Virus record (IMG/VR): IMGVR_UViG_3300034082_004192
Coordinates: 1-64,000 of that record
Source of the DNA: an uncultured virus (IMG/VR IMGVR_UViG_3300034082_004192)
Taxonomy: Duplodnaviria; Heunggongvirae; Uroviricota; Caudoviricetes
Length of the DNA stretch: 64,000 nucleotides
Reading direction: 5' to 3' (one strand)
The translations under genes and the position numbers were made by a program. The notes under the pieces were generated by a model. That model made no database searches. It was given only the letters and a program-made list of their open reading frames with translations, and was not told the DNA's origin. Below are positions 58,440 through 64,000 of this stretch, in pieces (the first letter of the stretch is position 1; each line of letters opens with the position of its first letter).

Positions 58440-59581
58440 GATAGTCTCTGGCACACACAGAATCTTCCACAGGATTCACAGCTTTCAAAATTTTCTCTAG
58501 CGTAAGTCTCCAAAGATTCAATCTCTTCATCACATTCTTTGATAATTTGATTTAGTTTTTCAATATCTTCTAATTTAGCATCAATTTTTGAGTTTGTATT
58601 TTCAATATCAGAATCCAGCTTCTCCATAGTTAATAATTCAGTATGAATGGAATCACAGTTAGAAATAAGTTGACCTATATCACCTTCAGCAATTTCGTAA
58701 TAATGATTGTAACTCTTTTCAGCAGTTTTATATTGAGTCACTTTATTTGAAATATTTTCGATTAAAATAAGACCATCTGATATGTCATTATAATTTTTAG
58801 TCAACTCTGGAATAATTGTGCTATAAAGTTCTTCAAGTGCTTCATATTTGATTTTTTCATTTTTACAATCAACATATTGTTTGTAAGCTTTGTAAAAATC
58901 ATCAACAAATTCTTCTAAAGTATCAATTTCAGACTCTAAATTTTCATAATCTTGAATGAGATCTTTGAGCTTATTGAAATTTTCTATTCTTTCATCAAGA
59001 TTTTCAAATGGCTTTAATTTTGTTTTGGTAGAATCAAGTTCGGCAGACACTCTTTTTATATCCGCTGAAATTTTATTAACTTCAGAGTTAAGTAATGATC
59101 CTGCTTGTTCTAGATCATCTAATCTTAAGAGTTTTGAAATATCTTTTGGTATCGATGTATCTGTAGAATTGATAAGAAATAATTTATCTTCTTGAGTGGC
59201 AAAAGGAACATAAGCATGAGCTGTCCTTGGTGTATGTCCGATAAATTCTACAACATCTTTTGGAAGATCAGAGCCAAATTTTGCGTGTTTGACAAGTTCT
59301 AGTCCAAAATACTGATACTCTACTTCATTTACAGTGCCTTTAGTTCGTTTTAAGTAATCGCCATTCTTAAAAATGACAGTTATTTCAGTATTTTTCTGTC
59401 CATTTTTAACATCATATGACTTCCATTCATTCTCAAATACAAACATGAATGCACGAAACAAAGCTGACTTGCCACAGTCAGATGAACCTGTAATTACTGT
59501 CAAACCAGATCCAAAAGTTAAAAAAGTATCTTCGTGATTCTGAAAATTCTTTATACGAATGCTTTCTATATGCCTATTCAT
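58436..59581 (-). CDS. sbcC: SbcC/Rad50 N-terminal half ending at the zinc hook
   Basis: IKNFQNH, GSSDCGKS, Q-loop, coiled coil, terminal CESCG. Confidence 0.85.
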   Translation of the reverse strand: MNRHIESIRIKNFQNHEDTFLTFGSGLTVITGSSDCGKSALFRAFMFVFENEWKSYDVKNGQKNTEITVIFKNGDYLKRTKGTVNEVEYQYFGLELVKHAKFGSDLPKDVVEFIGHTPRTAHAYVPFATQEDKLFLINSTDTSIPKDISKLLRLDDLEQAGSLLNSEVNKISADIKRVSAELDSTKTKLKPFENLDERIENFNKLKDLIQDYENLESEIDTLEEFVDDFYKAYKQYVDCKNEKIKYEALEELYSTIIPELTKNYNDISDGLILIENISNKVTQYKTAEKSYNHYYEIAEGDIGQLISNCDSIHTELLTMEKLDSDIENTNSKIDAKLEDIEKLNQIIKECDEEIESLETYARENFESCESCGRFCVCQRLS

Positions 59582-60063
59582 CGTATTAGCATTGTAGACA
59601 ATATATCTGGAAAATGCAAGTCTACAAAATCTAATCTAGCTCTTTGGATAGAGCTTGGTATATCAAAAACATTTGGAATTTCAATTTTATATAGTTCTGC
59701 TCTAATTAATTTTATTGGATTGTTGGTCATAGGGCAACATTTATTTGTTTTGCCATTATGTAATTTATTGCAACTCATACAAAGAAATTCAGCAGACTTA
59801 AAATATGGTATGAAAAAATCAACTGTAATATCAAGTTCTATCTTACGAAATTTTATATATGTGTGATTATTAAAATCTTTATAATTATCACATATCTTTC
59901 TAAACGTATTTCCTTTATTGTCTACAGTCAAAGTAGATGGTATCTTGATTTCATAATCATTGGGAAAAACAAATTTAGTATCAGACAACATGCCTGGAAC
60001 TGCCAAACAGCATAGGAGTTCATTGTTCATTTGTGAAAATCTATATAATGCTGGCTTCTTCAT
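59578..60063 (-). CDS. Hypothetical protein
   Basis: 161 aa, CMSC..CC, ATGA-coupled to the next gene. Confidence 0.5.
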   Translation of the reverse strand: MKKPALYRFSQMNNELLCCLAVPGMLSDTKFVFPNDYEIKIPSTLTVDNKGNTFRKICDNYKDFNNHTYIKFRKIELDITVDFFIPYFKSAEFLCMSCNKLHNGKTNKCCPMTNNPIKLIRAELYKIEIPNVFDIPSSIQRARLDFVDLHFPDILSTMLIR

Positions 60064-60074
60064 GGGAGGGAATT

Positions 60075-60272
60075 GTGAAAATTAGTATTGATCGGGATAT
60101 GCTACTTACAGAATTATACGATTTACGAGCAATTTTGACAGAAGCAGCGTTAGAATCAGATGAGGCTAGAAAAGGGAAGCTTAAGCTAGATGAGATTCTG
60201 ACTATGATTATGAATAGCCCTCAATCAGAAAACAATTCATCTTATCCAAAGCCAAAATTAAGGAGAGGTTAA
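60075..60272 (+). CDS. Small hypothetical protein
   Basis: GTG 60075 with SD GGGAGGG. Confidence 0.5.
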   Translation: MKISIDRDMLLTELYDLRAILTEAALESDEARKGKLKLDEILTMIMNSPQSENNSSYPKPKLRRG

Positions 60273-60502
60273 TGACACAGGTAAGACTGGAAGAAATTTT
60301 ATCACAAGAACAAATTTCCAACAATGAATTAGCGGAAATATTAGGGGATATGTTTGTTTCATTTAGCAAGCATCTGAAAGACTTAAAAAATCAATTGAGT
60401 TCTCTTAGTGAAGAATTGGACGACTTAAAAAAAGAAATCCAAGCTATAGAAGATCAATCTAAGCTTGGATTTGGAATAATTTTAGAGGATGAGGAAGATT
60501 AA
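60272..60502 (+). CDS. Small coiled-coil protein
   Basis: SD AGGAGAGG, TAATG coupling. Confidence 0.55.
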   Translation: MTQVRLEEILSQEQISNNELAEILGDMFVSFSKHLKDLKNQLSSLSEELDDLKKEIQAIEDQSKLGFGIILEDEED

Positions 60503-60969
60503 TCTTCCTCATCAATCATTTTAATTCTGACAATAAATGGTTGATCTGTCTCATAACTAGCCCAAGTGGAAGAATCTATCTGATAAACGTCTGTACTTCC
60601 AGTGTGAGGACAAACAATATTAGGCTGATCATCCTTGCTGTTCATAACAACATCAATTACTGATAAACGATTACGATCTTTTTTGAACGCTGATTCATTC
60701 AAAGTTGTATCAAAATCAGTATCAATAATTCCCAAAGATCTTTCACCTTCTTCAGTTAGATCATCGTCATCCATATCATCAAGAAGATCAATATCGTCCA
60801 CAGGAACTTCAATTTCAACAGTTACGCCATCTCGTACAACATACATCTTTTCAAACTTCATGTTATGTGAATCACCGTCCACTCCCATAAGTTCATCCAT
60901 AGCAGCCCTAGTTTGTGCTTCAGCTGTTTTTTCATCTACAATTACGCCAGCAACTTTTCGTTCTTCCAT
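60499..60969 (-). CDS. Acidic hypothetical protein
   Basis: 156 aa, CPHTGSTDVYQ. Confidence 0.6.
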   Translation of the reverse strand: MEERKVAGVIVDEKTAEAQTRAAMDELMGVDGDSHNMKFEKMYVVRDGVTVEIEVPVDDIDLLDDMDDDDLTEEGERSLGIIDTDFDTTLNESAFKKDRNRLSVIDVVMNSKDDQPNIVCPHTGSTDVYQIDSSTWASYETDQPFIVRIKMIDEED

Positions 60970-60977
60970 CTTGTTTC

Positions 60978-61823
60978 CTATGCTATATTTTTGTCAGTAA
61001 AATCATAAAGATTGAAATTTATCTTTATTGGGTAATTTAATCCGCCAATAGGAATGAATGTAAATACTTCAGGCACATTCTTTTCTACCTTGATACATAA
61101 TACATCTGATTCTTTTTTGACAGATACAAAATCAGTCATTGTAATTTTACCCTTATGTGAAAATACAAGCAATCCATCACCACCACGAGGAGAGAAAGAC
61201 ATCTTCATAATTCCTGATTTACGAGGAATTACGGTGAGCTTTATATCAGAACCATATTGACCTAAAACTGTGCCTTCAATCTTTTCTCCAATTACAACTG
61301 ATGATGGAATTTTCATATAAACATCTAGAGATTTTTCTAGCTTGTAATCTAACTGCAAAACATCAAGGTAATTTATTGGATTGTTCTCTACACCCAATCT
61401 GCATACTACCCTATCATTTTGCTGAAATTCGCCCTCAATAATGCCAGATATAGTATCTTCTGGATCTAATATGCAGTAGACATTAAGAAGGGCAGTAGTT
61501 TGTTTGGCTGTGAAGAAGTTTCTGATTGAATATGCGCCTGCTCTGTCTGGTAAAAAGTGAGCATTGAAAGATTTTTTTAATGACTTCACTTTAAGATCAG
61601 AATTCATATAAAACTTTTGTGGTTTATCTGTTCCATTTTTATAATGAACAAAATATCTCACTCTTGTATTTTGGGTGTATTTCCTATCGTGTAATATTCC
61701 TGACTTATTAATTGTTTCTGGGTTATTCAAGTATAACAAATAAGATGTTTGTTGAGAATTTAAAATAAATAAAGCCGCAATCAAGCATTTGATCACAGCA
61801 TATAACTTAAGAGAGAACGCCAT
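60978..61823 (-). CDS. Probable exported or membrane-anchored protein
   Basis: SD GGAGGG before ATG 61823; hydrophobic N-terminus; LYLNNPE, HYKN, GQYG, FSPRGG. Confidence 0.55.
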   Translation of the reverse strand: MAFSLKLYAVIKCLIAALFILNSQQTSYLLYLNNPETINKSGILHDRKYTQNTRVRYFVHYKNGTDKPQKFYMNSDLKVKSLKKSFNAHFLPDRAGAYSIRNFFTAKQTTALLNVYCILDPEDTISGIIEGEFQQNDRVVCRLGVENNPINYLDVLQLDYKLEKSLDVYMKIPSSVVIGEKIEGTVLGQYGSDIKLTVIPRKSGIMKMSFSPRGGDGLLVFSHKGKITMTDFVSVKKESDVLCIKVEKNVPEVFTFIPIGGLNYPIKINFNLYDFTDKNIA

Positions 61824-61875
61824 TGTTAAACCCTCCAAGGACTAACGTTAAACTAGCTTTAATATTCTAGATATA

Positions 61876-61901
61876 AAGGGCTGAAAACTCCTTAAAAAGA
61901 A
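61876..61901 (+). promoter_or_regulatory. Putative late promoter AAGG-N18-AGAA
   Basis: AAGG gctgaaaactccttaaaa AGAA. Confidence 0.6.
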
Positions 61902-61933
61902 AAGTAATCATATCTCATATTTGGAACCAGTTT

Positions 61934-64000
61934 ATGTTCAATTTTAAAAAATACGTATCAGCTGCAGATTTGTCTAAAAGAGTTAATCCTGAAGATATTC
62001 CAGGAGAGACTGTAGAACAAAAAGCTGCCTATATTTCTGAATACCTTGATAGAGAAATTGGTGAAAAATTAGCAGCTGGAGAAATTGGTATTGAGGCTGC
62101 TTACAAATTGCTTGCAGAAACAAAGGTAACTGGTGTTTCAGAGCAATTCCAATTCTTAGAGAGATATAGATCAAATATCGCAAACTTATTACAGTCTGCT
62201 GCAACTATTAAGTCTACATTGTCACAAACAGAATTATCAAAAGAGCAAATTTCTCAATTAATAATCAGAAAATTATTAGAAAGAACAAATCAAGTTTTTA
62301 TTCCAGAGCTTGTTGAACTAAGTAGAACTGATAAAAGAAGCACTGATGAAGTAAGCGTAATATTGGATAAACTTCCTGATTATCAAGATCCTGATGAAAT
62401 TACTTCAATCAAATTATGGATATCTAGAGAAATACAAAAAGAAATTCAGGGCATTATTGAAGAATTTCTTGAAATGAAAGATAGAGCATTAAGAATTCCA
62501 AACTTTGATGAAAATGACTTAAGAACTATCGTCATAAACACAAGAGGTGAAGCTTTGAAAATTTTATTCCCAGATCGGCGTAAAACTTCCAAAAATCCTT
62601 TACCATCAAAATTTACCGACCCTGTTGTAATTAGAGACGTTGAAAATATCAATGATGATATTCAAAAATTAATCAGAAGAACAAATTTTAAGTCAGATTG
62701 GGGATGGACAAAAATCTTATCTCTATCCAATAAATTAAGTCAAGAAGAAATTGCACGATGGAGTAAGCTGATAGATCACCCTGTTGAACTTAATTTATAT
62801 AAAATTCTTACAAATGCAGGTTTGATGAGTGTTGGTACATCTAGTACTGGCGCTGAAGAACCTGTCAAAGTTAAGGAGTTGGGTTTCAACAATCCTGAAT
62901 TAAGATCTAAGTATTATAGAATTTTCTTCCCAGCTTTTGATCCTGCTAGTGGTTTGCCTTTCATATCTGAATCTGAAAATAGATACATACAAGAAACTTT
63001 TGGCGGAAGAGATCCTAGAACATTTCAATATGGCGATGATAGAAGAATGGATTTTATCAAACGTTCTCAATTTAGAGAAAAAATGAATTACGCCAAAGAA
63101 CGCTTATATGAGTTTATTACAAATGGTTATGATGGGCCTGCTCTTTATAAGCTTATAAATTCTAAAGAACTTTCTTTAGATGAGGGCGGATTAGCCATCC
63201 AATATTATTTTAGAAGTATTTGCAAATCAAACCTCAATAGATTCATTGCAGATTTGAGAGACATTGGACTTTCTGAACATTATGATTCATTATCAGCCAA
63301 AGGTATGAAAGCTGATCCAAATTATGAGGGTTTGAGATTGATAACTAGATCTACTGAAGAAGCAAAGATCATTCAAATACTAAGAAATCAATTTTACATT
63401 GACGCTGTTCCTTACCAAGTGTTGATTCCAGTCCCTACAGATTGCCCTACAAATAATAACAATTTTGATGTTGATTTTATGATGTATGTTGACACTCTAG
63501 AATATATTGACCCAGTATCATTTATGCCTGTGATAAAGCCAAAAATTATGTTTGTTGGAGAGTATTTTGGTTTTGACAGTGATAAAGATAAAACAATTAT
63601 TGATAGAGGCGTATCATGGGTAGACCCTGATGGAAATATATTCACACCATCACCTAGAAGATCTTCAGTTAATGGAGAAATCTTAAAAGAGTTTGAGCCA
63701 ATTTCACCCGGAAATAAAGCTTCTGAAGGTGGAGTTTACGAACTTAAAACTTTGTGGAAAAAAAGAACATATGAGGCGATCTCTCACATAGTGGGAGCAG
63801 ACAACTTGTATTTTGACGAACAAGACATAAAACAGCCTTACTATACTATTGCACAAAAGCTTGATGAAAAAGACATCATTTACACTTTTTCAGGATACAA
63901 ATCAACTAATTTCTGCAAAGCAAAAAAATTAATTGATGCAAGTTTAGATTTTGAATTAAAAGAAAAACTTGACAGTCCTGAATATCAAATGCAACAACTC
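61934..64000 (+). CDS. Large protein (runs off the window) with PD-(D/E)XK-like nuclease motifs
   Basis: Not in the track. MFNFKKYVSAA start; RSTEEAKI..FDVDF..VGEYFG..YELKTLWKKRTY; start and end regions translated by hand, middle not fully checked. Confidence 0.65.
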   Translation, partial: MFNFKKYVSAADLSKRVNPEDIPGETVEQKAAYISEYLDREIGEKLAAGEIGIEAAYKLLAETKVTGVSEQFQFLERYRSNIANLLQSAATIKSTLSQTELSKEQISQLIIRKLLERTNQVFIPELVELSRTDKRSTDEVSVILDKLPDYQDPDEITSIKLWISREIQKEIQGIIEEFLEMKDRALRIPNFDENDLRTIVINTRGEALKILFPDRRKTSKNPLPSKFTDPVVIRDVENINDDIQKLIRRTNFKSDWGWTKILSLSNKLSQEEIARWSKLIDHPVELNLYKILTNAGLMSVGTSSTGAEEPVKVKELGFNNPELRSKYYRIFFPAFDPASGLPFISESENRYIQETFGGRDPRTFQYGDDRRMDFIKRSQFREKMNYAKERLYEFITNGYDGPALYKLINSKELSLDEGGLAIQYYFRSICKSNLNRFIADLRDIGLSEHYDSLSAKGMKADPNYEGLRLITRSTEEAKIIQILRNQFYIDAVPYQVLIPVPTDCPTNNNNFDVDFMMYVDTLEYIDPVSFMPVIKPKIMFVGEYFGFDSDKDKTIIDRGVSWVDPDGNIFTPSPRRSSVNGEILKEFEPISPGNKASEGGVYELKTLWKKRTYEAISHIVGADNLYFDEQDIKQPYYTIAQKLDEKDIIYTFSGYKSTNFCKAKKLIDASLDFELKEKLDSPEYQMQQL

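Noticed and set aside
1..64000. Genome-wide stop-codon recoding
   Set aside because: Code 11 gives intact full-length genes; TGA ends purA and sigH in TTGA/ATGA overlaps and TAG ends others
1..64000. CRISPR array, tRNA or rRNA genes, IS elements
   Set aside because: No spaced repeats, cloverleafs or transposases seen; intergenic gaps are short

Overview
A 64-kb, AT-rich, gene-dense segment of a large (jumbo-type) tailed phage genome, read mostly on the minus strand. Positions 1-20.7 kb are a head-morphogenesis module: 5' end of the major capsid gene, a probable decoration protein, an acidic scaffold-like protein, a 1378-aa prohead protease, a portal, several probable internal head proteins, and both terminase subunits. 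Positions 23.6-59.6 kb hold a near-complete bacterial-type replication, recombination and nucleotide module (DnaE, beta clamp, DnaX, delta, DnaB, loader, split primase, SSB, RecA, RecJ, split SbcC plus SbcD, NrdAB, dUTPase, PurA), three sigma-factor-like genes and a SpoVS homologue. Four plus-strand islands interrupt it. Main candidate novel system: unrelated effector-like proteins (two HEXXH peptidases, a GNAT, a nuclease-like protein, a Pro/Met-rich protein) carry short shared N-terminal leaders ending in K/R-x-A-(Q/S). The same motif recurs in protease, scaffold and portal, and these genes share an AGG-N18-RNAA (SigH-like) promoter motif with head genes. This suggests a leader-directed capsid cargo system. 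Other oddities: a DUF559-like nuclease fused to the portal, a sigma factor and DnaE sharing a C-terminal LxxDxLFD, a zinc-finger-interrupted sigma, a ~108-aa insert in DnaE, and an in-frame TGA before a DUF192 domain. All calls come from motif recognition by eye; no searches were run.
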